Source of the DNA: a virus
DNA length: 64,000 bases
Reading direction: 5' to 3' (one strand)
Virus record (IMG/VR): IMGVR_UViG_3300031576_000014
Coordinates: 30,583 to 94,582 of that record
A program made the position numbers and the translations under genes. Each line of letters begins with the position of its first letter. Positions within the stretch are counted from its first letter, which is position 1. This document shows, piece after piece, positions 46,468 through 54,371 of this stretch. The notes beneath the pieces are model-generated. The model had not been told where the DNA came from and ran no database searches. It saw only the letters and a list, made by a program, of their open reading frames with translations.

Positions 46468-47883
46468 TCACAGGGCATGTTCGAGCACGATGGCGCGTTT
46501 GAACCGCTCGATGCCCGAAGGAGCCGTCACGTCGCTCGGGACGGGAAACGAGGTCGAGGACGACCAGGTGCAGGCGATCTTCTGCTGGAGCCTGTCGAGC
46601 GGCGCGCGGAGGATCATGCGGATGCGCTCCGTCAAGATCGAGATGCCGTTGTTCACGATGGTGAACTCGCCGATCTTGCCGGTCGTGCCCGCCTCCGTGA
46701 CGTACTGCTTCTCGTCGAGATAACGTTCGTAAAGCGCGCCCTTGCCCGTGATGATCACGCGGCCGATCTGGATGCCGTTGCCGTTCTGGACCTCGGCCCC
46801 AAGCTCCGTCGCGTAGAGCCCCGTCGCCCCCGCGGGCGCGCCGACGGCCGCCGCGGTCGTGACGAGCGAGCCGACGTTGACCAGCTCCGGGCTCTCGTTG
46901 TTCATGAAGAACATCACGCCCGAGAGCGTGCCGATGAAGCCCGCCTTGTAGATGACGTGCTCCGGCAGCGACTGGTTCAACCGCTGGAAGACGGGGTCCG
47001 CGAAGACCTGCGCGTTCGAGAGCGGCGAAATGTGCGCGTGGTAGAAGCCGTCCTCGTGCGGCTGCACGCTCGCGCGCCGGAGAAAGGCGCAGGCGTTGAT
47101 CGCCTGCTGGAGCACGAACGTGTCGCCGGCGCCGACCGCGTCGATCGAGTCGCCGCCAGCCGCGCGCACGACGCGCGGCGCGAAGATGCTCCGGACCGCG
47201 GCGCGGACCGCGAAGATCGCGCCGACCGCCGCGGAGAGGGTCAGAACGCCCGGGCCGTCCGGGTCCGCCGGGTCGTCCGGGATGGTGCCGACGACGGACG
47301 CCGTGACGGTCGCCGCGCCGGTGCCGATGCGGATCGTCAGGGGGGACGACGGGGAGACCGGGAGCGGCTTGACGTTGACGCCCGGGTTGACCACGTCGCG
47401 AAACCCGTTGAGGGCCGTCACGCGGACGGTCGTGTCGGCCGCCGCGATGGCCGCGTTGGCCACCGTCTGGCCGGATAGGTACGCCTTGAAGAGCGCGTTC
47501 CTGGCGATGCGGTTGATCGACTGCCCGGCCTGGAGCCCGAGCTGCTTGATGTCGCGCAGGAAGAGGCTCGCGTTCGCCGTCACCGACGTCGGCATGTCGA
47601 CGTCGATCGAGCCGGAGAACTGGAACAGCTCCGCGCTCCACTGCTCGAAGGGGATGGCCTGGGGCAGCGGGTCCGTGCCCGGCGCCTGCGGCCTGACGAC
47701 CGGCGGGAGCAGACCCGCGCGCGTCATCGTGATGTCGTTGCCCGTGTTCGCGGGCCACTCCTCCGCGATCGCCTCCGCCCTGAACGCCAGGTTCGGGTAA
47801 AGGCCGTCGTAGAACTCGCGCGAGATCAGCCCCCGCTGCTGAAGCTCGAGCACTGCGGGCGGGACGCCCAAGATGAGAGACAT
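46468..47883 (-). CDS. major capsid protein
   Basis: 471 aa after the scaffold; strong AGGAGG RBS; N4-gp56-like C-terminus (PLDRLQQK...TW). Confidence 0.8.
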   Translation of the reverse strand: MSLILGVPPAVLELQQRGLISREFYDGLYPNLAFRAEAIAEEWPANTGNDITMTRAGLLPPVVRPQAPGTDPLPQAIPFEQWSAELFQFSGSIDVDMPTSVTANASLFLRDIKQLGLQAGQSINRIARNALFKAYLSGQTVANAAIAAADTTVRVTALNGFRDVVNPGVNVKPLPVSPSSPLTIRIGTGAATVTASVVGTIPDDPADPDGPGVLTLSAAVGAIFAVRAAVRSIFAPRVVRAAGGDSIDAVGAGDTFVLQQAINACAFLRRASVQPHEDGFYHAHISPLSNAQVFADPVFQRLNQSLPEHVIYKAGFIGTLSGVMFFMNNESPELVNVGSLVTTAAAVGAPAGATGLYATELGAEVQNGNGIQIGRVIITGKGALYERYLDEKQYVTEAGTTGKIGEFTIVNNGISILTERIRMILRAPLDRLQQKIACTWSSSTSFPVPSDVTAPSGIERFKRAIVLEHAL

Positions 47884-48052
47884 TCGATCCTCCTACGAAA
47901 ACAGATCCGCACCGACCCCTCTCGCGTGGGGGCTTCCGCGGTCCCTGGCTTCGCAGCTCGTCTCTCTCCCGTTCCACCCTGATTGACCGCCGGGCGTGCC
48001 CGCGTAGTTGGGGATCGATCTGCCGCTTACGCTTCGACCTGTTGCGATCCAG

Positions 48053-48082
48053 ATGATGACCCGCCCGGGCGTCGACCGTCAA
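48053..48082 (-). promoter_or_regulatory. sigma70-like promoter TTGACG-18-CATCAT for the capsid gene
   Basis: Near-consensus -35; implies a leader of about 160 nt. Confidence 0.55.
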
Positions 48083-48154
48083 GGGGGATGGCGGCAAGGG
48101 ATCCACACCTGGCATGAAGTACTTCCTCGACATCGAGTTCCACGAGACATAGCC

Positions 48155-48523
48155 GTGAGGGTTAACGTCTACTGTGAAGAGCTTTCCGACCGCGTCGAGA
48201 TCATCTCGAAGGAGATCGATGGATAAACTTTCACCGGGCTTCGTATCCACCTCGAACTGCCGGTGACGGTTCGCGTGTGCCGGCATTGCGAAATGATCGA
48301 CACGCCAGGCGCTACGTCTCGGTATTGCCCCGGTCACGGTTCACACGATGACATGCATGATTTCCAACCGCGCAATATCAGCGGCCCCTTCATGCATCAC
48401 CCTGGAGACGACGATTCGAGCGCGGTGACCTTCTGGGGGAAGAGGGACTTGCGCGAGGTGCTAAAGAAGGCGCAGGCCCGAAGTGGCAGGAGTGGAGAAG
48501 CCAAGCCGCCCGCGCCAAGGTGA
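48155..48523 (+). pseudogene. phage hypothetical gene broken by an in-frame TAA (48224-48226)
   Basis: MRVNVYCEELSDRVEIISKEIDG*TFTGLRIHLELP...GPFMHHPGDDDSSAVTFWGK reads as a single protein across the stop. Confidence 0.6.
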
Positions 48524-48601
48524 AGTCGTGAGGTGCGCGGAGCCTCGTCGAGCTGCGCGCAGGCAGCCCGGCCCTCTTTCGTTGGTGAGCCGCTCCTGCG
48601 T

Positions 48602-49546
48602 CTAGGTGCGGATCCCGTTCTGCGCTTTCCAAGCCCGGTACTCCGGGTCGGTCATCGAGTTCGCTTTGCCCGGCTCCGGCGTCTTGCCGGCGAGGTTCGT
48701 CGTCTGCTGACTCCCGGCAGGCGGCCGGGTGTTGTTTGGATCGGGGCCCGTCGTCAGCGAGACCGCCGGCGGGGGCGCTGGAACAGACTGCACGACCACG
48801 GGCTGCCCGTTGTCCGCTGGAGCCGGCGGCGCGAAGGTGCGCGCGAACTTCGGGAAGCGCGAGACGGTGTCCTTCGACCACTTCTCGACGACCGCGTCCC
48901 TGTTCTGAAGCTCCTCGTCCGTGCAGTTGAGCAGGTGGTTCGCGAGCGAGACGCGGTGGATCGCCAGGTACTCCGGGTCGAAGTGCTTCCTGAGGACCTT
49001 GTCGATCGCGCGGCCCTCCGAGTTGAGCGCGATCGTCGTCTGAAGCTCGTCGTACTTCGTCTTCCACTCCACGCCCTCGCGGTCCTTCGTCCCGAGCTGC
49101 TCCTTGAGCCGGTCGATCTCGGTCATCTGGGCGAGCCTGGTCGCCTCCTCCTTCTTCTCGAAGTCGGCGAGCTTCTGGAGCTTGCCCCCGATCTCTTCGA
49201 AGGAGTCCGTGCCGAAGCGCTCGCGAAGCTCCTTCGCCGTGTGGCGCCCGAGGCGCTTCTTCAGGCTGTCCTTGCTCAGCTCGATCAGGTCCGTGTCGTT
49301 CGGGATGTCGTCGTCGTCGCCGATCAACTTGCGCGTCGGCACGCGCTCGGCAGGCACGGCGGGAGCCGCCTGCGCGTCCGGCGCCGGCGCGGCCGGGGAT
49401 GCCGGGGACGCCGGGGACGCAGGCGCTGGTGCCGCTGCGGGCGCAGCGGGGGGCGGTTTCGCCTCCGCCGCTGCCGGGGAAGCCGCTGGCGAGGGGGTTG
49501 CCGCAGCTGGTGCTGCGGGTGGGTTGGGTTGCGCCTCGATGCCCAT
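48602..49546 (-). CDS. capsid scaffolding protein
   Basis: P/A-rich N-terminus, coiled coil (QMTEIDRLKEQL), C-terminal MTDPEYRAWK helix. Confidence 0.75.
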   Translation of the reverse strand: MGIEAQPNPPAAPAAATPSPAASPAAAEAKPPPAAPAAAPAPASPASPASPAAPAPDAQAAPAVPAERVPTRKLIGDDDDIPNDTDLIELSKDSLKKRLGRHTAKELRERFGTDSFEEIGGKLQKLADFEKKEEATRLAQMTEIDRLKEQLGTKDREGVEWKTKYDELQTTIALNSEGRAIDKVLRKHFDPEYLAIHRVSLANHLLNCTDEELQNRDAVVEKWSKDTVSRFPKFARTFAPPAPADNGQPVVVQSVPAPPPAVSLTTGPDPNNTRPPAGSQQTTNLAGKTPEPGKANSMTDPEYRAWKAQNGIRT

Positions 49547-49583
49547 GAACGTTTCTCCTGCGCGCGCGGAAAGCGCGCCTTCG

Positions 49584-50327
49584 TCAACCGATGGCTTCGC
49601 TCGCGAGCGTCAGGATCGCGTCGAGGTCCGTGCCCGGCGCAACGCCGAGCTTGACGCGCGCCTGCGTGACCGCGTCGGCGATCGTGAACTGCACGACCGT
49701 CTTCGCGAGGTTGAAGCGCGCGTTGCCGGTCGCCGGGTTCGCTGCCCCGGGAACGAGGACGATCCTCTTGCCGAGCACGCCGCCGACGGTGACCTCCGCC
49801 TCGAGCAGCGACGCGTACCCGTTCGCGATGGCCGTCTGCCCGGCAGCGAGGGGCGTCAAGTTGAGCGTCGACGGCAGGGTGAGCACGCCCGACGCGGCGA
49901 CGACCGGAAGGGTCATCTCGAGGATGTCCTGGCGCTCCGGGATGTACTCGACGTCGACGTCCGTGTACCGGCTCGCCGCGAGGAGCACGATGTTCCCGGA
50001 CGGGGAGACGGCGATCTGGGCATCCGCAGGGGTCGTGCCGAAAGCCTGCGCGGCAAGCTCGCCGAGCGTCCCGGCGGCGGCCGTCGCGCGCGCGTAGGCG
50101 CGAACGATCGTGTTGGCCTTCGCGTCGTCCGGCAGCACGATCGAGTCGACCGTCGCGAGGTCGTGCAGGGAGGCGACCATCGTGTCGACGTTCTTCTTGA
50201 CGAGCTTGATCGGCATCCCGCGAACGAAGTCGCCGAACCTGATCTTCTGGAGCATCGACGCGATCTCGCTCGCGTTCGCGTTGTTCAGGATGTTCTTGCC
50301 CGAGGTCGCCAGGATCGTGATCGCCAT
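49584..50327 (-). CDS. virion structural protein (head decoration?)
   Basis: A/T/V-rich; AGGAG RBS; head module. Confidence 0.55.
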   Translation of the reverse strand: MAITILATSGKNILNNANASEIASMLQKIRFGDFVRGMPIKLVKKNVDTMVASLHDLATVDSIVLPDDAKANTIVRAYARATAAAGTLGELAAQAFGTTPADAQIAVSPSGNIVLLAASRYTDVDVEYIPERQDILEMTLPVVAASGVLTLPSTLNLTPLAAGQTAIANGYASLLEAEVTVGGVLGKRIVLVPGAANPATGNARFNLAKTVVQFTIADAVTQARVKLGVAPGTDLDAILTLASEAIG

Positions 50328-50389
50328 CGCCGTCGTCTCCTACGCTCTGAGTGTGAAGATCAAATATCCGATGCTGGCCGGGATCACAA

Positions 50390-50809
50390 CTACGCGATCC
50401 CGCCGACCAGGTATTCGATCTGCCCTGTGCCCTGGACCTCGAGAAGCTTGAGCGTCCCGGCGTCCGGGAATTCCTGGACGATCGTGCCGAGGACCTCGTC
50501 GACCGAGACGATGTCCGCGCCTCCCCCTATGTCGACCATCGTCTTCCTGATCTTCATCGGCGAGTTGCAGCGGAAGTAGAGGAACGTCCCCTTCGTGACC
50601 GTCGACGTCGCTCCGATGCCGTCGAGCGCGAGGAACGCCGGCGGCGCAACCTGCACGTTGCGCTGCGTCCGGAACGACGCCGCGAGCGGCTTCTGCGACG
50701 GGAAGGTCGTGAGCGAGAGCTGATCAACGGCGGACGGGAACGCGCAGTCGGACGCGCCGAGCGGGCCGACCGTGATGCTCCCGGAAAGGACGACGACCTG
50801 GGTGCCCAT
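50390..50809 (-). CDS. hypothetical structural protein
   Basis: Beta-rich; head module. Confidence 0.55.
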   Translation of the reverse strand: MGTQVVVLSGSITVGPLGASDCAFPSAVDQLSLTTFPSQKPLAASFRTQRNVQVAPPAFLALDGIGATSTVTKGTFLYFRCNSPMKIRKTMVDIGGGADIVSVDEVLGTIVQEFPDAGTLKLLEVQGTGQIEYLVGGIA

Positions 50810-50812
50810 CGA

Positions 50813-51166
50813 CTAGATCTTGAACGGCTTGCCGGACGCCTCGCCGACCTTCGTGCCGGCCTCTTGCGGCGCATCCTGCGGGAAGCCCCCCGCCGTGCCG
50901 GTGAAGCGGTGCGCGTCGATCGACCCGAACGGCAAGCGCCCGCCTTCCGGGACGGAGTCTTTGTCGTAGTCCGGCTCGCCCATCCTCTGGGGCCGGTTCT
51001 GCTTCGCGACGTCGATGCCGCCGCCCGTCGCGGGGGCCGGGCTCTTGCCGTCCTCGACGAAGTCGTGCCCGCCCTCCGAAGGCCCGGCGGAAGATGTCGC
51101 TCCGTCGCCGTTGCCGAACGGCGGCTGCGCTGGGTTCGTGACGTCTGCTTTCTTTCCGTCTTCCAT
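50813..51166 (-). CDS. disordered small protein ending KPFKI
   Basis: G/P/D-rich; GAGG RBS. Confidence 0.6.
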   Translation of the reverse strand: MEDGKKADVTNPAQPPFGNGDGATSSAGPSEGGHDFVEDGKSPAPATGGGIDVAKQNRPQRMGEPDYDKDSVPEGGRLPFGSIDAHRFTGTAGGFPQDAPQEAGTKVGEASGKPFKI

Positions 51167-51175
51167 AGCTGCCTC

Positions 51176-51415
51176 TCAGATCTTGAACGGTTTCTTCTGC
51201 GACGTCTCGACCGTCTGCCCGCGCTCCTCACGCTGCACCGTCGCGGGAGGCCAAGGGATCGCCGGGTCGTGGTCCGGGATCGAGTTGACCGGTGTCCCGT
51301 CGACCCCGGGCTTGTCCGTCTTCGGCACCGCCCCTTGGGTCTTCTTCGCGGGCACCGCGTTCGTGTTCGGGCGCGCGTCCGGTTGAAGGTTGCCGAAGGG
51401 TTTGCTGCCCGCCAT
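51176..51415 (-). CDS. disordered small protein ending KPFKI
   Basis: Start MAGSKPFGN; C-terminal 79 aa of ORF 51176..52243. Confidence 0.6.
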   Translation of the reverse strand: MAGSKPFGNLQPDARPNTNAVPAKKTQGAVPKTDKPGVDGTPVNSIPDHDPAIPWPPATVQREERGQTVETSQKKPFKI

Positions 51416-51417
51416 CG

Positions 51418-51891
51418 CTACCCGTCGATTCCCCAGGCGAGGACGGAGACGTCCGTGACGACCGTCGCGCCCGTGCTGTCGACCGCCGTGACCGTGAACG
51501 ACCCGACGCCGGGCCCGCCGACGACGGTCGTGTACTTGTAGCGTGTGCCCTGCGCCGCCCCGCCCGGCGTCTTGACGTTGAAGAAGAGCCGGCTGAGCGC
51601 CGTGACCGTGATCCCGGTCGAGAGCGTTGCAACGCCCGCGACGAGCGTGATCTCGCCGCCCTGGTCGGACTGCTTCTGGAGCGAATCGACCGCGGCTGCC
51701 ATGATCGCGTTGAGCGTCGCCTCGTTCGCGCCGCGGTTCTTCTTCGCGATCACTGCATCGCTCGACGGCCAGAGCACTCCGCCCGCCGCGGCGATGGCCG
51801 CCGCCGGGTGGACCGCGTCGTCGATGGTCTCGCCAGCGAAGAACTTCGTGTTGCCGACCTGCGTCGTGTTGATCAGGAAGAACGTGCTCAT
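51418..51891 (-). CDS. hypothetical structural protein
   Basis: MSTFFLIN start downstream of a promoter; beta-rich C-terminus. Confidence 0.6.
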   Translation of the reverse strand: MSTFFLINTTQVGNTKFFAGETIDDAVHPAAAIAAAGGVLWPSSDAVIAKKNRGANEATLNAIMAAAVDSLQKQSDQGGEITLVAGVATLSTGITVTALSRLFFNVKTPGGAAQGTRYKYTTVVGGPGVGSFTVTAVDSTGATVVTDVSVLAWGIDG

Positions 51892-51903
51892 CTCGGTCCC
51901 CCA

Positions 51904-51932
51904 TACGTACCAGCGGGGTCGGCGCAGCACAA
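51904..51932 (-). promoter_or_regulatory. sigma70-like promoter TTGTGC-17-TACGTA
   Basis: 13 bp downstream of palindrome copy 6. Confidence 0.55.
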
Positions 51933-51945
51933 GGGCGGCCCGCCC

Positions 51946-51965
51946 ACGTAAACCGCGGTTTACGT
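51946..51965. repeat. 20-bp palindrome, copy 6
   Basis: Exact copy. Confidence 0.95.
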
Positions 51966-52059
51966 CGCCGGCTAGCTGCTCGTCGCGCGGCAATTCCCGG
52001 CATGGGTCGAAGAAAGGTTCCTGCTGCGCAGACGTCCTTCGACTTCAAGGGAGGATCCC

Positions 52060-52467
52060 GTGCGAAGACTGTCAACACCGAAAGGCGCCCCCGCCGACGC
52101 CGAAAGGGATGCTGCGAAGGTGGTTCGTCTGCCTCGACTGCGGCCTGAAGCAGTACATGGATCACGTCCCGATGCGCGAAGCGATCCCGATCCCAAAGTG
52201 CCAGCACGACCTCGACGCGCTCGACGAGTTCCTCCCGCGCCATCGCACGCCGTCTACCGCTACGTCGGCGAAGACGGGAAGCGCGGCCGCGTCCTCTCGC
52301 TCCACGCGACGATCGGGCAAGCGTTCGAGGCGTGCGACCTCGCGTCGGGCGCGTACATAGGCGAGGGTTCCGAATCCCGGGACGCGCGTGTCTCGCTCCG
52401 GACCGTGCGCGCCTACGTGCCCGGGTCCGTCGTCGGCGACGTCGTCGAGCTGCCCAGGCTCTATTAG
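52060..52467 (+). CDS. hypothetical protein
   Basis: GGAGG RBS before the GTG; fills the gap, convergent with the MuF gene. Confidence 0.4.
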   Translation: MRRLSTPKGAPADAERDAAKVVRLPRLRPEAVHGSRPDARSDPDPKVPARPRRARRVPPAPSHAVYRYVGEDGKRGRVLSLHATIGQAFEACDLASGAYIGEGSESRDARVSLRTVRAYVPGSVVGDVVELPRLY

Positions 52468-54371
52468 CGCCGCTTGCCGAACCGCGAGAGCGGGATGGTG
52501 GTCATGCGAGGACGCGGGGGAGGCGATCCCTTCCGCTTCTCCGCGCGCCACCGCGCCGCGATCTCGCCCGCGTCCCGCCAGCGGAACTCCTTCGGGATCG
52601 GCCAGGCGACGCGGTGCGGGACGACGATCTCGCGGTCGTTCGGGCGCGCGGGCGGATGCTGCATCAGCCCGTACCAGGTCTCGAACGCCTGGGCGCTCGC
52701 GCGGATCTGCCCGTGAACCGCGTAGGAGTCAGAGTTGCCCGTATAGATGCCTTCTGCGGTGAAGTAACCCTCGGACGTTGAAAGGTCGAAGACATGCCCG
52801 GAAATCGAAGTGGGTTGAACGTCAACGAGGCGATCGAGTTGTACCGAACCGGAATGACGTTGTCCGAGGTGGCGGGCACTCTCGACATTCATCGCCGATA
52901 TGTTGCCGAGGAGATCGCGGCACGCGGCGAAACTCGATCGAACGCCGAAGCTCGACGACGACAGTTCGCCAATCGCGAGAACCATCCTCGCTATCGCGAA
53001 GGCATGCCTATCAACCACATCGCCCATTCGTACATGAAAGGCGAAGCGATCAAACGCATAGGCAAGCGCCTCGGGGTCTCCCAGACGCTCGTCACTCGGT
53101 GCCTGCTCGATGCAGGGATCACACCACGCTCTGGTTCTGAAACAAACCATGTCCGCGCACGTTCGCGGGCTGATGAGCCTGCCGCATTCGACACAAAAAT
53201 GAACATCATCGGTTGGGGCGAGGACCTGCTTCGCGGCTGGCTCAGTGAGCGCGGCGAATCTCCCCAACCGCAGCTCGCCGTGGGAACGAAGAACATCGAT
53301 GTCGCGATTCGACCCATCGCCGTGGAAGTCTTGATCTCGTCCTCGTCGCCGCTCACGGTTTCCCGTTGCAAGCAGCGACTCGAATACCTCGCCGATCGTG
53401 GGTGGACGACCTGTTACGTGCTCATCTCTCGGCGCACTCGTACGCTCATGCCCACCGTCGCAGACCAGCTCATCGCCAAGGCGAAGTTTGCCCGCAGCGA
53501 CCCATCCGCGCCTCGTGAGCATTGGGTGATTCGGGGTTGTGGTGAGATCGCGGCCCGCTTCGGTGACGAAACGCGCCGCCGGTCCCTCGTATGGCCGTCG
53601 AAAGACTGCCCTCACCACCGCCCCGGCAACCCTCGTCGAACCGACTAAACACGCTGTTCTGTCGTCGAACGTCGCGACGAGGATCTTGCACACGTCGCCG
53701 AGCTGCTGGTGCGCCTCCTTCGTCGCCTCGTAGTTGGCGCGGTTCGCTGATCCCATTATTTCTGTGCGCACGATGCGCTCGGCCCAGCTCGCCGGCGCCT
53801 GCTGGAGGAACGGGCTCCTGTCGACGATCGAGGTGCGCATCGAGTCCCACGACCGGCGCGAGACGAGCCCGAGCTGAAGCTCCTTCTCGAAGTGCTCGAC
53901 CACTCCCGCCCCGTAGCGCGCAAGCACGCCCTCGCCGCGCTTGCCCTTCTCGCCGACGAGGCTCCTGAGGATCGACCCCCGGCTCCCGTCGAGCGCTGCC
54001 TCGAGCATGCGCGCCTCGTCGAGCGCGAGCGGCTGCGCGCCGACTCCGAGGAACTCCCTGTCCCGCGCCGCCAGGTAGCGCGCCGTCGACTCCGCCGCCT
54101 TCTCCGCCGCCGCCGCACCGACGTCGAGGGCGGTCCCGCGCAGCCCGGTGTTGAGCTGAAAGACCACTTCCCGGACCTGCGCAAGCGTCGCCCGGAGCTG
54201 CGCCGCCGTGAAGCTCGCATCCCCCGGCCCCGCGACCGCCCGCGCCAGGCGGCTCTCCAGGTCGCGCTCCGCTCGCTCGAGCAGCTTGCGCGTCCTCCCT
54301 ACGCCCGTCTGCTCCGCGAACACGTGCGCCGCCCGCTTGTCCGCGGCGAGCACCTCGCGTGCGGTCTTCAC
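52464..54371 (-). CDS. MuF/SPP1 gp7-like head morphogenesis protein, intein-containing
   Basis: WAERIVRTE, ATFDDRTA|intein|SDSYAVHGQ, HPPARPNDRE; follows the portal. Confidence 0.88.
   Translation of the reverse strand: MKTAREVLAADKRAAHVFAEQTGVGRTRKLLERAERDLESRLARAVAGPGDASFTAAQLRATLAQVREVVFQLNTGLRGTALDVGAAAAEKAAESTARYLAARDREFLGVGAQPLALDEARMLEAALDGSRGSILRSLVGEKGKRGEGVLARYGAGVVEHFEKELQLGLVSRRSWDSMRTSIVDRSPFLQQAPASWAERIVRTEIMGSANRANYEATKEAHQQLGDVCKILVATFDDRTACLVGSTRVAGAVVRAVFRRPYEGPAARFVTEAGRDLTTTPNHPMLTRRGWVAAGKLRLGDELVCDGGHERTSAPRDEHVTGRPPTIGEVFESLLATGNRERRRGRDQDFHGDGSNRDIDVLRSHGELRLGRFAALTEPAAKQVLAPTDDVHFCVECGRLISPRTCADMVCFRTRAWCDPCIEQAPSDERLGDPEALAYAFDRFAFHVRMGDVVDRHAFAIARMVLAIGELSSSSFGVRSSFAACRDLLGNISAMNVESARHLGQRHSGSVQLDRLVDVQPTSISGHVFDLSTSEGYFTAEGIYTGNSDSYAVHGQIRASAQAFETWYGLMQHPPARPNDREIVVPHRVAWPIPKEFRWRDAGEIAARWRAEKRKGSPPPRPRMTTIPLSRFGKRR
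52734..53651 (-). mobile_element. intein (306 aa) in the MuF-like protein
   Basis: CLVGSTRV (block A), TTTPNHPML..RGW (block B), GHVFDLST (block F), ends YTGN followed by Ser+1; no LAGLIDADG motifs. Confidence 0.9.
52794..53648 (+). CDS. antisense-encoded HTH + Vsr/DUF559-like PD-(D/E)XK endonuclease inside the intein
   Basis: Two HTH-like repeats; GEDLLRGWL..RG....Q..VG..NIDVAI..IAVEV...RLEYLADRGW; AAAGG RBS; normal amino-acid composition. Confidence 0.8.
   Translation: MPGNRSGLNVNEAIELYRTGMTLSEVAGTLDIHRRYVAEEIAARGETRSNAEARRRQFANRENHPRYREGMPINHIAHSYMKGEAIKRIGKRLGVSQTLVTRCLLDAGITPRSGSETNHVRARSRADEPAAFDTKMNIIGWGEDLLRGWLSERGESPQPQLAVGTKNIDVAIRPIAVEVLISSSSPLTVSRCKQRLEYLADRGWTTCYVLISRRTRTLMPTVADQLIAKAKFARSDPSAPREHWVIRGCGEIAARFGDETRRRSLVWPSKDCPHHRPGNPRRTD

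Noticed and set aside
48224-48226. Stop-codon recoding
   Set aside because: This is a single case, and the other genes read and terminate normally under the standard code.
52991-53371. Third overlapping ORF inside the MuF intein
   Set aside because: It has no motifs and S/R-rich shadow composition.
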